Below are positions 63,901 through 64,000 of a DNA stretch of 64,000 nt, one piece after another; position 1 is the first letter of the stretch, and every line of letters begins with the position of its first letter. The stretch is from Azolla caroliniana. Taxonomy: Eukaryota; Plantae; Polypodiophyta. Where the stretch lies: NCBI GenBank assembly GCA_043228905.1, contig JBHGNT010000016.1:13082001-13146000 (forward strand). Reading direction: 5' to 3'. The notes beneath the pieces were generated by a model. That model made no database searches. It was not told the DNA's origin and saw nothing but the letters and a program-made list of their open reading frames with translations. A program made the position numbers and the translations under genes.

Positions 63901-64000
63901 TTTGGCCAGACTTATTCGTTTGACTCCTCTTCTAATTTGCTTAGGACTTCAAATTTATTGGACAAGGGTGGATTATTCATAATATTAGATTCACTAACTC
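60958..64000 (-). mobile_element. Decayed chromovirus (Tcn1-like) pol: protease, RT (partly deleted), RNase H, integrase
   Basis: ALLDTGANSCF, HRSYDCPIDL, VDYRGLN...[28 protein letters not shown]...QTDGQTERTNQ. Confidence 0.92.

Overview
This is eukaryotic, retrotransposon-saturated heterochromatin-like DNA with no intact host gene. The host is most likely a non-seed land plant such as a fern. That is an inference from Tcn1-type chromoviruses, Athila-like gypsy elements, TA/TG low-complexity spacers and a plant GRP retrocopy. The window is a set of nested LTR-retrotransposon insertions whose ends, PBS, PPT and TSDs can mostly be read directly. It holds: one intact, very young Tork/Tnt1-type copia (28010-33525, 1357-aa gag-pol, 701-bp LTRs, TSD GTAAA); several decayed copia elements of two families; three chromovirus copies; two elements with a tRNA-Trp primer site, one apparently gag-only; an Athila-like gypsy with a ~2.9-kb extra ORF after pol; a rearranged L1-type LINE; an intronless glycine-rich RNA-binding protein pseudogene; and a 100-N gap. 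The most notable signals are: strong CCGG enrichment shared by unrelated elements while their stop codons look like CAG/TGG>TAG decay; a sharp capsid-domain swap between two otherwise similar copia elements; a conserved stem-loop around the PPT; heat-shock elements in a chromovirus LTR; and an A-C-B(inverted)-D LINE rearrangement. All comparisons and counts were made by eye, and family assignments come from motif recognition, not database searches.
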